A stretch of DNA of 64,000 bases from assembly GCA_030390025.1 (NCBI GenBank), contig CM059448.1, positions 4,588,001 through 4,652,000 of the forward strand, read 5' to 3'. Positions 33,818-51,699 of this stretch are shown here, in pieces (position 1 is the first letter of the stretch; every line of letters starts with the position of its first letter). The notes beneath the pieces were generated by a model that made no database searches, was not told the DNA's origin, and worked only from the letters and a program-made list of their open reading frames with translations. This DNA comes from Squalus acanthias. Lineage: Eukaryota. Made by a program: the position numbers and the translations under genes.

Positions 33818-35157
33818 CTGAAAAAACAGAACAAGGTGAGTACACGATTAACTTGAAGTGCGCTGCAAGGTATCCGATTGACTAGTTGCCGACCCCCAGA
33901 TGTGATCAATGGCTCCATATGTAGGTTTTAAAATCAAATATCCCCCCCCACCACTTGAAAACAGGACATCCAGAACCAAATAAAAGACTAGTCATTGCTC
34001 CAAATATTTGCACCCAATAAATTAATGCATGCAAGTTATTCTACATGCATAGCTCACTCTTGCACAGAAAGCCACCAAGTCTAACCAGTTTTACACAACT
34101 GTTCAGCCCAATTGGCATTCATCCTCCACATGGGCTTAGGATCACTGAGTGTCTGTTGTTCTCCTATGCACCCTCTATTTCATTTCATACTGTCAGACCA
34201 GTTTATGGCATGGTGACCAGAACTCCAAGTGGGGTCTGAGCACTGCATTGCAAAACCACAGCATTGCCTCTGAAGACAGTGCTGGGATGTATAGCCAGAG
34301 TACATCTTTTAAATGATTTGCACATTGTCCAGACAGTCTAGGTCCCTCAAGTCACTCTGCCATTCCACTCATTGTATATCGATGCATTTTTGCAGTCAAT
34401 GTGCAATACTTTATCCTGGAGCAAATCTTTTGCTGCATTTGCAACTTCTAGTACTACATTTTACAATAGTTTGGTTTTGATATCTAAATTATAGATTAGA
34501 AACAGGGCTCCAAACAGTGATCTGACAGTCTACATACATCATTCATTCTCCCAACATTTCATTAGTACTTTGCCTCTGGCACAGATTTCAAAATCTCATT
34601 GCATTTTAGGTTGAATACCAAAGCAAGTTATTATCTTCATTAAAGTTTAACTTCAGAAGTTAATAGGACCTTTGAAGCTACAAGACTGTAAATATTTGAG
34701 CCATTTAACCTTCACTGCATTCCTGTCATATGGGGCAAGTTGAATAGGAGCCTGCCAGACTGCTAGAGTGAAAGTCTGATGCCTCCATCAAGTATAGTGC
34801 ATAATGGTGCTCCAAATGTAGTCATTTGGCTACAGAAATAAAAAATATAAACAGAGAGCAGCAATAATGACCACTGAAATTGTGGTTCAAGTTCCCTCAC
34901 ACTCACTAACTTTGAAAGTTCATTCAGTATTTGTCAAAACAAATCCCAGGGGCTGCTACAATTGGCCTCAGCATTTCTGGACTGAGGGTGGGTTAAAAAA
35001 AAAAAGCCAAGACTTCCACTCCTGATTGCCAACTGTGACTTGTATTGGACATTGGGCAGGGATGCTGAATACCCAAAGGAAGTCCATCTAGGCTGGTTCG
35101 GAGCTCATAACCCCAGCAACTCCACCTTCAAGTGAACACGAACTGAACTGAACATTA

Positions 35158-35352
<195 letters not shown>

Positions 35353-35741
35353 CTAAGTAACAAGGATACATTTTTGTAACTTTCAGTATAACCAGACGAC
35401 AGTTAAATGAATCTCCCATCTACACACGAAAGGCTGTTCCCATCCACCTGCATCATATCCACAGCAAGAACCGAATTGACCAGGACCAACTCCACCCACT
35501 TACTATCATAGGGTACAGCCAGACGCTTCAGGAATTCCCACATCTACACAGTTAGTTAAAAATTTGCCCCACAATCCTGAAACCCTTTACACTATTTCTG
35601 CTCTTCAACCATCTTTCTAGGTCGTAAAGCTCAATCTGCTCGTTTTATCTAATCAAGTGAAACTGTGGTATATGGGACAGTAAACTGTTGCAATAATGCA
35701 GCTTCTTTTGTGAATACCTCCGGATTCTCAGCCTCACCCAC

Positions 35742-35852
35742 CTGGTAGTCCTCCTCTTGGATGAAGAGGTTATTCAGTGATTCATTCACAGACTTGTTGT
35801 TGTTGCTTTGTACAGAGCGCAGGTAGGGTTTAACCAGATTCAGCTGCTTAAC
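35742..35852 (-). CDS. CLTC: CLTC exon (~28; 111 nt)
   Basis: [15 protein letters not shown]...EEDYQ; AG/GT. Confidence 0.95.
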
Positions 35853-36845
35853 CTGAAAATCAAGACAAGTTTGAAAGTTTGCCACTAATCATTTAAAGAG
35901 AGTTGTACCCCTTTATCAGACCAGCCACAGCACAGGGGCAGGTGCTCTAAATAATTTGACAAAACAGTTAAATACCAGATTAAATCATTCGATACGTGAA
36001 AAATCAGAATACCATGCAATTCTGAATAGGATTTTCCAACAGTGATTCAGGATCACCTTACTGGCAGATAAGGTCCAAGGGGCTACAAATAGCCAGGATC
36101 TAATTGGTCACTGTGGCAGTGCTACGTAGCAGGATACAATTTGCTCGTGTTCTTGGCAACTGTTTTATCAAAGCCAATGCAAGACGCCAAGGTCTGAAGG
36201 ATCCACCTTCAAAACATTAACCTATCTTCTTGCAAAGTAACTAAAGACAAGCATATTTAACCAGGTCTCATACTTGCATCAATGTTCCCTAGATATCACC
36301 TTTGCCACTCCTCAACTTTACCCATCAAGTTTCAACTACCTACATTACACTATCTCGTACTACAGTGTGGCAGGGAAAATGGAAGACCCAATATAAATTA
36401 GCAAGTCAACCCATAACTTTCCCCCCACTGGCTCAAGTGAGTTTACTCACCAAGTAGGCAAATCATAAGACCAGAAAGTCCCAGGTTCAATTGCTGATAT
36501 GTATTAAGTCAGCTGGGTAGGGGTGCTACAACTGACCAGCATCCTTGGATCAGAATGGGTAAAGTGAACGAGAATTCTTCCCCCTTCTAGAAGAGTGGGT
36601 TCACATTGGAGCGTGGACAGGATCAGGCTTAAGCACGACACCCCAATTGTCAAACAACCTGCTGGCGCTTGCCAAGGCTCTCAAGTGAGGCACTGACAGT
36701 CATGGAACTGTACCTAATCAAGGGGTTAATGCACTGAGGAAGTGAAGATACACAAATGGCCATTATATTTTACCCTGAAATCTAAATGCTGCCAGCTTAG
36801 ATTTCAAACCACCACAGGCTAATTTGAGTCCTAAAGTAATTCAAA

Positions 36846-36929
36846 CGTAAAACAGAAAATGCTGGAAACGAGCTGGTTTTTCAGCATTCTCTTTCAAGAT
36901 TTCTAGTATCCACAATATTTTGCTTTTGC
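36846..36929. mobile_element. Miniature, internally deleted Penelope pLTR foldback
   Basis: AAAACAGAAAATGCTGGAAA ... TTTCAGCATT arms plus pLTR tail; 8-bp direct repeat AATTCAAA at 36838-36845 and 36930-36937. Confidence 0.6.
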
Positions 36930-37127
36930 AATTCAAATATCTTGACTATGGGAAGTGATCTCAGCTACTGACTTAGAAAAATGTTACATACCCCAAAAAG
37001 GATTCTTCAATTAGTTTAACCAAAGCAGCCACTTTACTAGTAGCACAGATTTGTTTAGATGAAGCACCACAAGTTTATGTATTGATATTGTCATTAGAAA
37101 ATTGCCAAACAGTCTTGCAGCGAGTAC

Positions 37128-37259
37128 CTTGGTGAAGTAGTTCACAGCACGTGTATGGTCCAGACGAGGGGACAGCACCATAAGCAGATCGTTCAGTAAC
37201 AAAGGCTTAAATTCCAAATAGAACTGTGTTGCTTTGTAATAGAGCTCTACATTGGCCAC
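37128..37259 (-). CDS. CLTC: CLTC exon (~27; 132 nt)
   Basis: [19 protein letters not shown]...NYFTK; AG/GT. Confidence 0.96.
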
Positions 37260-37899
37260 CTGAGAAAATATGAAATTGGATATTAAAGAGTGATTAAGAA
37301 AGCAAGTTTTACTTCGGCAGGCAAGCCAAGAAAACTTGGCTTCAGCATATTAATGTTACAAGTAGCAAGCTTTTTATAAAAAGTGCTTATGCAACTAATC
37401 TACAGAAAGATTGGAATACAATTCCCCAGGAGATTATACACTTCACATCCAGACCGCTCTTAATATATTACAAGCTTATCTTGCTCTTTCCCTTCATTCT
37501 TGCCCCACACAGCTTGGACAAACCTATACCTTCCTCCAACCACTGGGTGGCACCATGTACAAGATGTCCATGGTCTCTGTAGTGTCACCCAGTGGGTAGA
37601 ACTGGTACTAAACATTCTGTACTACAGCTTTTGTGCAGAAGATCCCGGTCAGATTTTAGCCGGTCTCAGTCAACATCGTCCGACTGCACTCTTGTATTTT
37701 TTGGTATTTATTGACTTACTAATCTTACTTCTGTTGCTACCTTTCTCAAGGGTAGTGCTTTCAGGCCAACCTCTTTTGAAGACAAGGGTCATCAGGGTTG
37801 TCAGTATTCAAGGGCCTGCCCTAGCTTCAAAGTTTGAAAGGCACTAGTGTGACAATTAGCTACCAGAAATAAAGTTCTAAAAAGGAGTACTTTTAACTA

Positions 37900-38292
<393 letters not shown>

Positions 38293-38347
38293 TTAGTAAA
38301 TATTACGAGAGCAGTGTATTTTTGTATCAGAGGACAATGCAAATTTA

Positions 38348-38578
<231 letters not shown>

Positions 38579-38799
38579 CTACATTTAATCCATATGCCAC
38601 AAGGTCAGCAACCTATGTAGACTGGTTTGGTCAGTCGTTTAAAAATATCCAATAAATGCTTATTTCTACACATGCATATTGAATAGAAGTGATGCGATGT
38701 ACAATAAGCAGTCTTCTATACAATTTCACATTTCCTTGAGGTTAAAGGTCAGTGCAACTGAGTGCACAAAGTTTGGATAAAGTCAGTACAGACAAATCA

Positions 38800-39012
<213 letters not shown>

Positions 39013-39661
39013 CTAAAAACCAGCAGAAAAGACAGTTAATACGAGTCATGGAAAGGAGATTTAAATTAAGTCCAGATTCAAACTTCAACTAAGTTTCTTC
39101 TAGATACTGGTTATGGAAAATTGCAAACTAACAGTTCTCCGACAGAACGACGACACTTGAAGTCACTTGAAGAAGCTTCTTCAAATTTCACCACTTTAAT
39201 TGAACACGGTATAAAAAGATAGATTCCATTATAAGCTTTCCCACTAGAGTGTTAAAACTTATGATTCTAGAACTGCTGGGCTCCTTATTTATACAAGGGA
39301 GTCATTTTTATACAAGGGAGTCATTTTCACCATTGTCTCCACTCTTGTTGAAAGTGCATTCCCCCCCCCTCCCCCAGAGGTAAAATTCCCCACTTCACCC
39401 AAAGAATGTCCACGCAATCTTCCCAACCAACCTCAGGAAAGGATGAACTGGCTGGGTCTCTTCTCTTGGAGAAGGCCGAGAGGTGACCAAATAGAGGTCT
39501 TTAAAATTATGAAAGGTTTTGATAAGAGTAGACAGACACGGACTTCAGGAGGGACAGTGATCAACCGGCATCCCATACATAAAGTTAGCAAACTGGAGAG
39601 GTCATCAAGATGTCCTGAATTTAATACTCAAGTACAAGTCAGCAAGGCACTTAGTAAGCTA

Positions 39662-39865
<204 letters not shown>

Positions 39866-40413
39866 CTAATGAACAGAGCCAATACAGTACTGATAGGAAC
39901 CTGACCACCACATACCACTGACATCCAGTCCCACTCGGTCATTGAGAAACTTCACTGTTTGGACCTTGCAAGTATACCCAGGGCTCCTTAAAAATGTACA
40001 ATTAGCAAGTTTTCCCAAAAGCTTATAGAACATTTACTTAATTTCTAGGGTTCCTATCCTTTTATCTAGCTCTGAACATTCCCAAAATCAAAAGCAAGCC
40101 AAAAGAGACCTACATCCCACTGACAAATTAAGCTGGAGAGGTCATCAATTGTCTCAATGGCTCAGATGGTCAAGACAGCAAGTAGCTGACCCACACAGAC
40201 CAAAGGTTGCAGGTTCAATCCTTAATCCAAGTGTTACTAGATCTCTGGCTGCAGTGTTGAGTTAGGAAGGGATTGATCACTGGCTAGGGTTTCTACTCCC
40301 AGATCCTCTCCAGCAACTATATATAAAATAGTTTTCACTTAAATGTCAAACCTGGATTCACATGCATTATAGCTTTACTGCAGGTCAGCTGCTAGGAGCA
40401 AGTTCAGAGATCA

Positions 40414-40647
<234 letters not shown>

Positions 40648-40749
40648 TTACCTTCTAACCATTAGAGCAGAATTGAGTAAACTTAAGCTCATGCCTCAAC
40701 AGTTTTGTAATGAATACAGGAGGTTGAGAATCAAACTCAGCAAGAATTT

Positions 40750-41110
40750 AACAAAGAACTAGGAGCAGGAGCAGGCCATACAGCCCCTCAAGCCTGCTCT
40801 GCCATTCAATAAGATCATGGCTGATCTCCACTTCAACTCCACTTGCCCGCCCGATCCCGTGGGGTGGGGGGGGTGTAGAGAATTTCAAAGATTCACAACC
40901 CTCAGAGTGAAGAAATCTCATCAGCCTTAATGGCTGACCCCTTATCCTGAAACTATACCCCCCAGTTCTAGACTCTCCAGCAAGGGGAAACAACCTCAGC
41001 ATCTACCCTGCCAATTCCCCTCAGAACCTTGTGTTTCAATGAGATCACCTCATTCTTCTAAACGAGTATAGGCCCAATTTTTCAGGACAACCCTCATCCC
41101 AGGAATAAAT
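40750..41110 (-). mobile_element. CR1 LINE 3' end (degenerate)
   Basis: RLFPLAGESRT.G motif and the CR1 tail GGCCTGCTCCTGCTCCT; related to 57330-57700. Confidence 0.7.
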
Positions 41111-41154
41111 AAATTGTGTTCTTAATTTGAAATCAAAAGTTACACAAGAGCTCA

Positions 41155-41394
<240 letters not shown>

Positions 41395-41488
41395 CTACAG
41401 AACAGTGCTATGTGTTAAACAATGCTATTAGCTGCACTTGAACTGTTAAGCTACCAACATGCAAGATTTGCTACAGTACATTGAATCA

Positions 41489-41698
<210 letters not shown>

Positions 41699-42753
41699 TC
41701 ACAGGATTTCTGTACATTTTGTATTTATAATGCTAGAGAAGACAATCTTAGAATTGTGCTTTTGGTTACCAAAAGGAAGGGTTGCTGAGATATGGTTCTA
41801 TAGGCACCAATTTTTTTTTGCTGTATCTCATCCTACTGAGGATTCATAAAGGACCCTGAACAGCAAGTGGATGAAAAAGGAGAAACAGGAAAGGCATCAG
41901 ATAAGCCCATTTCTGCCTTTATCCAGCAGGTAAAATTTACAGCAAGCATTGTGGGATAAACTTAGTGGCTGATTTTCTTATCCCTAACTCCATGGCAATA
42001 AGGCCAACTAGAGAGTTTGTACCAGTGGTCATAGTACAACCCAGGAACGTAGCCAGATACATTCTGGGACTTGGGTGACCCATAAATAGAATTATGTACA
42101 TTAGCAGAAAATTATAAACCCAATTCTATTGAAGTACAAATTAACTGGGTAATACAATTCCAGCAATATGAAAATGTTCCTTCTGCAAGTCCATCACTTT
42201 GTTCTTATTCTGAATTCACAAGGCAACCAAAGATCCAGCACCCTTCAGACACCAACTGCCAGGACTCTGCATATTTGGGTTCTAACAGGCTTGCTGGGGG
42301 ATGCAGCCTCTGCCTGCCCTGAACAATTCCATTGACAAGGTGACAGGGCTCCCAATACCAGGAGTTCCCATATCTCCTGGCTCCATGGCCCAACAGCCAG
42401 TGACCGACAAAGCACACTAGGCCAAAGCAGAATTAGGGCCCAGGGTGAGATTGTGGACTGAACCCTGAAGGGGAAAAAAGCTGGTTTTTCCAAGTATTTA
42501 AATGCAGCCCCCAGCAAGGGGGGGGGTCATTGTTGCAAAACCGGATATTAGTGGCACCCTTTTGAATAAAAAGGGTCATGGATCCTAGTGGATAGACTAG
42601 TAACTTCAGCAGACCAAGTTACGACTTCCAATACCACATTACAATAGCAACTGGACTGCAGGCTGTAACAATGTGAAGCAGTCATTATTTACAGTTTGAC
42701 ATTTGAAGAGTTTTACACTCATGTTGAAAGATAAACTTCACCGATTTGTTCTA

Positions 42754-42945
<192 letters not shown>

Positions 42946-44209
42946 TCAGATTTCCAAAAAATCTATTGAAAGAATGCCCATTTTATGCAGATCAACATGG
43001 AAAGCTCAAAACATTTGGTACTTCTACTCAGGATTGTATGGTATTGACTTGAAACTAGTTACCCACAGTCAAACCAAGATCAGGTGCTTCTCTAGTGAGG
43101 GAATAAAAAAACTTCTGGACAACTCGTGCTGCTACACTCACAGCTGGATATAGACCAACCTTCCCTAGAGACCCGGGCGCGTGTAGTATAGAAAGCCTGA
43201 GTGTAGACCCAATCTTTAAAAAGTGGATCAACAGTTTTATTCAGTAAAGGGAAATGGTGAATGGATAGTTAAAACTACAGTGAGTTTAAACAGTGCACTG
43301 CACCACCAATTGCATCGTTCCTCCTGCACCTTTCAAGAGCAAGGGCCAAGGAAGCCAGTCAATATTTAGCACCTATAAAAATATGGAATCTGTAGTTTGT
43401 TACTACATTTATTTAAGAGCAGTGTAAAATATTGCATGCTACTCTTTTGCACACATTATAGAACCCTTAAAACGAGAAAAATAATCCCACTTGGTCACGC
43501 CCAACTATTACTTCCCCATTTACTCTCCAGCTGTGTCATGTCCTGCACCATGGTCCTCAACATTCAAGACACCTTAAACAATGCTGTAGCACATTTTTGA
43601 AGACATGGAACTTCAAACTGGTCACTTAGTTGCTTGTGATTTCAGTTATGTGCTCTACCCTCAGGTGTAAGATTCTAAAAAAAAAGGCATCAGTATGGTT
43701 TTGGAACCAATAATTCCCAGTCCAAATTTGAAGTTACCAAGGCCACCCCAGGTCTTATACAGCAACGGCCTTAAATAGATCCAGCAAGTTTACACTAAGA
43801 TTGCCGTTAGCTGCGCAAGACTTGTGCTTCAGGAACTTCAGTGGAAACATCATACGACAGCAGCTTAACTTCAGTACTAAGACGATGAACCATCACAATC
43901 CCAATTCTTCCTTTTTTTTCCTCTCCCCATAATTGATCACCCTCAACAATGATCCATTAATGTTGCTAAAAGATTCAAGTTTTCACAACCTTCCTGAATG
44001 GCAACTCACTAACAGACTGGTGAGTAACCTTCCATTATTGTGGATGATGAAATTTCAGATTGCAGCTCTAAGCTTGCCACTCAGAACAATGTCAGTAGAA
44101 CCAGGCCATAATTAAGCTTTTACATTGCAGCCAAATGTATGAAACTACTCTGCAAATACTCAACTGGATACTTGAAGTCTAGAATGCCATGTAATCAAAT
44201 GGTTCTTAC

Positions 44210-44332
44210 CTGGTCAATAAGGGGTCTCCTGTAAGGGTTGGTCTCCTGCAGGACACTTGCCCAGAGCTCAGGATCTTTCCGGCGGACTAGGTAACGAGAC
44301 AGGCTCTTGAACAGCGAGTTTTCATTGCACAC
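44210..44332 (-). CDS. CLTC: CLTC exon (~18; 123 nt)
   Basis: [24 protein letters not shown]...LIDQ; AG/GT. Confidence 0.95.
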
Positions 44333-44539
44333 CTGCATTAGAAGAAAAAGTGGCTTAAGGACAAAATTTCAGAGCAAGTTTTTTTTTTTTTAATATAAAT
44401 TAAACCCAGACCCCTTAACCTTTAGTTAACAGACTCAATTTTCAAGTGATCATTCAAAGTATACAAAAGCTAAAATGCAACTATCTAGGCAATATTTTAA
44501 GTATTACAGTACTCAGACATTTATACTGTGACCATTTAA

Positions 44540-44835
44540 ATTGGTTAGCTCAAAAGGTTGCACTCTTACTTCAAAAGGTAGGTTCAAGTCTTCAATGTAA
44601 ATCTCAGCAGACATTCCAGTACAGTACTGAGGTAGGGCTACATTGTCAGCTACTATTTCAGGAGGAGGACATTTAACAATCCCATGGCACAGAGCAGCAA
44701 GCACTCTAGGTAGTCTGGTCAACATTCAACCAAAAATCAAGTGACTGGTAATTTTTTGCACTGCTTTTTAAGTGAGTTTTGCTGTGCACAAAATGGCTGC
44801 CACATTTGCCTACATACTGTACTTCAAAAGTAATT
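44540..44835 (+). mobile_element. Degenerate DeuSINE copy
   Basis: tRNA-like head, ATCCCATGGCAC core and GCTGTGCACAAAATGGCTGCC tail motif. Confidence 0.6.
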
Positions 44836-44958
44836 GCTTCTGGCTAGATATTCCACTTATGATGGGTGGAGAATCTGGCCATTTGTGAAGAACCAATATG
44901 TTTGAGCTAGACAAGTGCATCAAACTCAGCTTAACCTGCATTTTTTATTTATACATTA

Positions 44959-45243
<285 letters not shown>

Positions 45244-45859
45244 TTAGAAACCAGTGGCCAACGCACTCAAGCCACATCATTCAGCACTACATAAAGGCAG
45301 GAGGCCTGTGACTCAGACTCCAAAAATTGAATTAAAAAAAATCAGTGTAGAAGGTTAGCACAAATTCTCTGGAAGGGCAGCAGTGGGGAGAGAAGGCAGG
45401 AAGTACCAATCCTTTTCAGATGCCTCCAAGCAACTAAATTTCAGAACAGAACCAGAGGTGTTAACAGGTCAACTGTCAGACTTCTTGGTTAGGGACGGTG
45501 ATTGATAGAGGTCTCACCATTTTTATTAGCAAACAAACCATTCTGGCACAACTGAATTTCACAATGCAAGGACCTACTTGCTCATCCAGGGATTGATGGG
45601 CAGAGTGGAGATATGCCTAGTTAGAGCACCAAACAGAAGTTACATCAAGTCAGAGGCTCAAGGGAACTGAAATTTCAGTCTGCAGAAGTGCCATCTGCTG
45701 ACTAATTCCTTTAGTGGCCCAGTTGAAATGTAGAAAGCCATTTTGGAAAGTTAATGTTACTATTTACTCATTTTTATACACAATGTCTACAAATTTATGA
45801 ATTGGCAATATTCAAATAGTCACCAAACCAGCTAGGCCAAGTTGATAAAGATGGCCTCA

Positions 45860-46045
<186 letters not shown>

Positions 46046-46248
46046 CTACACAAAGCACAAGAGTTATGTTCTTGTCCCAATAGACCCTTTTACAATTAAA
46101 AGCAAGTGAATAATTTGAGAATGGAAATATGATAAAACAGCTCAAACCTTGTTAAGTGAATTAAGGCAAAGAGTTTAGCTTGTGGACTCAAGAACAATTC
46201 TGCCCCCAGCCAAAAATGTAATAACCATCTGACTAAGTTACAACTCTA

Positions 46249-46425
<177 letters not shown>

Positions 46426-49400
46426 CTACAAAAACAAAACAATTTTAAAATCGGGTAGCTTCAGGGTCCTAATGTAATGCACCACGAACACAAACCAATC
46501 TCCTTCAATGACAAGTGCTCTGAACCTCCTTTTGACGGCAGAACTAAAGCACGATATTTTAAATCTACATTTTCTTTTAACATGGTACAGAAATGCTGCT
46601 GCTTTTATCACAAAAGGAAAGATGCGAGAAAGTATTTAGTCAAATTCTAACAAATACATGCCAATGTAAATCCTTGAATGGATTATTGATCACTTAGTAA
46701 ATCAGTACATTTGATTATGAAAAATATATCAAAGTAAAAACTGCAGCAAAAGTGGCCATGTCTTTAGATGCATCTACAGCAAAGGATTTTTCAGCTCTAA
46801 AGAAATGCATATGGGGAATAGAGGAGATACAGGTTTATACTGTAGATCTGTATTTGACCTTTCACAGAAGTAATCATTTTACTTTAATCTCAAATCTATA
46901 TTTCACACCAGTCTTGTTCAGATGGATGTGAAAAAGATCCCAAAACATTTGAATAGTAGCGAGCTCTCCCAGCCAACAAATCAACTAGTCACTAATCTCT
47001 TGCTGTGTGCGTCTGCAGAAAATGACTCAAATTGCTCAAAGTGTAAATGCTTTGGGATGCAATAAGAGCCTACATAAATGCAAGCTTCCTTGCAGTCCAA
47101 ACTGATTTTACTGAGCTTTGGCAGCTTATACACCAAACAGGGCTGAATTTTCACCTACGTTCCTTTTAAATGTGCAGAGTTTGAGCATACATGACTGAGG
47201 AATGGGACAGACACTGGAGCATTGTAGAACTGTCCTCAGCCTAGAAACAAATTGGTTTGAATTATCACAAGCCAAATGCTTAATCTTTCAAGCTATCTAT
47301 GCAACATACAAATAGAGGACATGGCACAAGTATTGCTTCAGTTGAGTAAGGGCATCTCAACATTATAAAGTTGGATTCTACTTGAAACATGGGAGGGCTT
47401 AGAGACCCCCTGTACCAAGTCTGTAGATTTAACTGAAAATTTAAGGTTGATGTAAAGCTGGGGTTACAAATTTGAATTTCAATACTAATCTAGAACTCCC
47501 AAAAATGTTACCAATACTGATCATACAGGGTTTTTGTGGAAACCTCACCTCCCCATTAGGAGCACAACACAACAGCATTGAGATAACCCTACATCTACAG
47601 TAGTGATGGTATTCAAGAAGCTAGCAGTTACTGCAGGAATAGCACTCTGGGATTGAGATGCAGACATTGCTATATAATTAATTTATATGGGATTTTAATC
47701 TCAGTTTAAAAGTTCATACATTTGTAAGCAAATTCACTATGCACTCACCCATGGTGTATTGGAGTCTGACTAACGTCAAGTGTTGTACATCAGAATTCTC
47801 ATTTCTTCCTTTAAATTCTAAATGTTAAGTGGTTTAATACAATTCTAATTGGTTCTTTCTCCTTCCCTCAGCATGCTAGCTGTGCAAGGATACATCTTTA
47901 CATCTACAATTCCCACACTTGCATGTCTAGTCTTATCCATGACCTCTGGCAGTAGGTGCCCACCATCACTGCTTAAGAAAAATGGCAATCACCAAATCTG
48001 GTACATGACTAGGCAATAAGCTCGAGAGCAGTTGCTGAAAGTTTAGTTGTGTACTATGCTCTGACTAGAGACAAGAAACTGGCAGTAGATGAGACTCAAT
48101 TTATGGAAATAGGATTAAGTAATTTAACCCTTGTCCCTCCATCTTGACATGCAATGGCAAAAACAATGTGTAGCATCAATATAGCCCAAAGCCAGATACT
48201 GAATTTTCAATGTGAACCAAGAAGCCATCCATTCACTAGTTACTAGGCTTCCAGGCAGTCTAACAGGGTGAGGATCATGTTCACTGGCCTTCAGTATAGA
48301 GAACAGAGAAAAGACTCAATTGTGCTTCAGCAAACTCAACAGTTGCTTACACTTATATTTTAGTTTTCACTTAAAGTACTAGATCAAAAGATTGATTCAA
48401 ACTTGCATTTTAACATTACTGTAGTAACTGACAAGATGGCTTTCCTCCTGAATCTTTGAGCTGGTTGGTTTCTGTGCCAGCCAGGTGTCCCTAGTTGGAT
48501 TTTGCTCCTTTTTAAAAAAAGAGCAGAATTAATGATAGATGAAGCTGCAAAGAGCTAAAGGTCTGAAAGTAAAACTGCAGTGCTAGCTTAGTGTCAGAGG
48601 AAATCTTAATGTGCATAATGTCTTGTTTGTTTTACAGATATATAAAGTGTGATTTGTTCACATTGATGGCTGTTAAGCAGTCAATATTCTATTTAGTTTA
48701 CAATTGTTTCCTCCAAACACCTTTGCTTACAGCTTAAAGTCAAACATCTAATTTTCTGTAAAAATCAAGAGACAAGCTTGTGACCCAATGGCAAGGAACT
48801 CTAAGCAGGTCAGCTCACTAGCAATTTCATTATTCAGCTCAGTCAAAACAATGCAACTAAACTGGACATCTTGCCCTGCATTATTTGAATCCATTTTATG
48901 ATCAATGAGCAGTCGTTAAACTTTGGAAATACTGTAAAGTAGCGGTGTCATCATAGTTCGTTTAAATATATTCTACTGGAAAATTAGAATTAAACTACAA
49001 GATATTCTAGAAAACAAGACAACCTTCTGTAAATCCATATTTTAGCCAGCTTTACAATGGATATTCTGCCATCAATGTCTCTCCACATCCAAGAGCACTA
49101 TCCTGCACAAATACAGAAGGAATATAGTCTGCTGTAAACAAGGTAGGGAGAAAGGAAAGGCGGCGGCCTGCGCTGCAACATTTACCTGGTACATGTCCTG
49201 CCCATTCCAGACACAAGGAACAGCACAAAAGATAATAGCTTCCATCAGGAGCTGGTCACTCAATGCAACATTATACAAACTGACAAGCAGTGGAATAAGT
49301 TTAACATGGTTATCAAACTACATCTCAATTTAGCACCAATAACTGAACGATCAAACATCTCAATTCTGCAAACCCAGTTTAATCGGTTCTAGATTATTGC

Positions 49401-50487
49401 ATGAAGCTTTAAGGGGTCATTAGACTACAGTTGAGAAAGCAGCTACGATTAGGTTAAGTGTTTCTTTAAAGGCTATTTACTTTTGTAGCCACTTCAGGCT
49501 CTAACTTCATTCAACTTTCTGTAGATTTGCACTTAATGCAAGTACATAATAAAGTAGCAAATTAGTTCTTAATACAACCCAAACAAAAACAGCAACTACA
49601 TTTGATCATATACTAGCAGTTTGGCAACTGCAAATCTGAAGCATGCAGTATGTATAAGTACACATACTAAGCCACTGTCAGCTATAGTGTGAAAATTATG
49701 GTTAAGTTTAGTGTGGACCCTCTAATCAAGATATGCATAATTTCAAGACTAGCTTCAATTTAAGACTCAGGTGCTTCAGTTATTAGATCCCTTGTTCGGA
49801 ATGAGCAGCTTGTAGTCAAGGTCTTGATGTGAAAGATAGAATACAAAAACAGTTCACTGTCATTACAAGTCACAAAGCCTTTAGAAATGCAATATGTGCT
49901 TATGGCAGGACAACAGTAAATTGAGAAAGTTGATTAAACAGATTTGGAAGCTTGAAATTGCTCAATAACCAAGCTGGATTCAGTCAAACATTCAAATCCC
50001 AAAGAAGCTGAAAACTTAGACAGGTAGAGTGCTAACTTGTGGCTAGAATCTGATTGAGGCTAGGACAACCAAATACTGTAGTGTTCAGTTACAGTACTGA
50101 ACATGGAGTCCTTTGTACCTCAGATGACCCTGCACAGAACAGTATCAGAAAAATGGGTGATCAAAAAAAAATTACACATGGGTTTATGTGCAAATAGCCA
50201 AGAGATAAACACTAAGAAAATGCACTTCAGTTTCTATGGCATGATCAAGACAAGACAGTAGCTTCCTTAAAGGGAAAAGGGCAATCTTGGGACAGATTGC
50301 TATGGTTACTTGCTTGGATTTTGCAATTCAGCCACCAAAATAGAAATTCTTGTATGCAGTCATGCAAAAAAGACTTGCCAGACCAAAGTAGCCAGTTTTT
50401 ACACAGCATTATTTAAACAGTTTATAAATTACTTTGACGTGTACACAGTATATGCAAGAGAAGAGAAATAAAGCCATGAAGTTTTCA

Positions 50488-50664
<177 letters not shown>

Positions 50665-51699
50665 TTACAAATAAAGCAAAGTACATATTACATGGAGACA
50701 AGCAGGGAATCTTGTTAGTCAAGGTAGCCATCAATACACTACTTTTGTTTGCCATCTGATTTGACCCAAGAACACACACTGGACAAGAAAAGCCCAAAAA
50801 AATTTCCAAGTCAAGATTCATCCTAGTTACCTCGCAGCCCATGACTACTTGGTAACAGACCAAGTCAATCAAGATAGGATGATTGAAAGCTCGGTAGAGT
50901 TTAAGGTTTTTTAAAAAAAAAGGTAGAGATGTGAAGTTTAAAGAATTTTTCTGCCATCAATGGTGGCGTGAAAGGGCAGGGAAGGATGCAGAGGGGCAGA
51001 ATCAGGAATAAAGTATTTAGGAGAGGAATTAGAGCTTGGAGATTTCAGATGAAAATGCAGCAATTGATGAGGACAAGGGTTTAGAATTTAGACATAACTA
51101 ACGTAGGTCAGCAAGGACAAGGATGATGGATAATGAGGACCTGTAGCAAAGTTTTGGATAATACTTATGCAGGAGCTCAGAAAGGAGGGCATTTTTGAAT
51201 AAGTATCAAAAGGTACACAATTGTTACAGTAATAAAAGGCTAGCAATGTTGGAAAGTAAGCAGTCAGTGATGGATAGGATATGGGTTTCAATTTCAGTCA
51301 GGATAGAACAGGAGGCCAAGGCTGCAAATAAATTGAGCCAGAGTGACCAGGGAAGGCTATGGCATCTGCACCAAAAGGCCAGAGATTAAGACTTCAGGTT
51401 AAGCTTGAGGAAGGAATGACTTATTTAAAAATGCTGTACAAGCAGTCAGATGGCACACAAGCACATGAAGGCTGGGTTGCGAGAAGCAAGCAGTAGAACT
51501 GCAAGTTGACCCTGTGCTTGCAGAGCCTGGAAAGGGGAGGCAGGCAAGGTTACATTCTAGCAGGGGCTACTTAGTTTTAGAAGTGGTGTATAAAGTAATG
51601 TGGACCAGGTTAGCAGATTGCAGCTAAGGCACCAATTGCTACTAAGCTAGGAACTCCTGTGCACAATTATCCCAGGGATTACTACTAAAAAAGCAAATA

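Noticed and set aside
37500-37847. 115-aa ORF with a hydrophobic stretch, antisense within a CLTC intron
   Set aside because: Non-ATG start, no homology or exon signals; typical chance ORF, like most short ORFs in the track.
39287-39328. 20-bp tandem duplication TTTATACAAGGGAGTCATTT
   Set aside because: Two-copy local slippage duplication in an intron; not an array.
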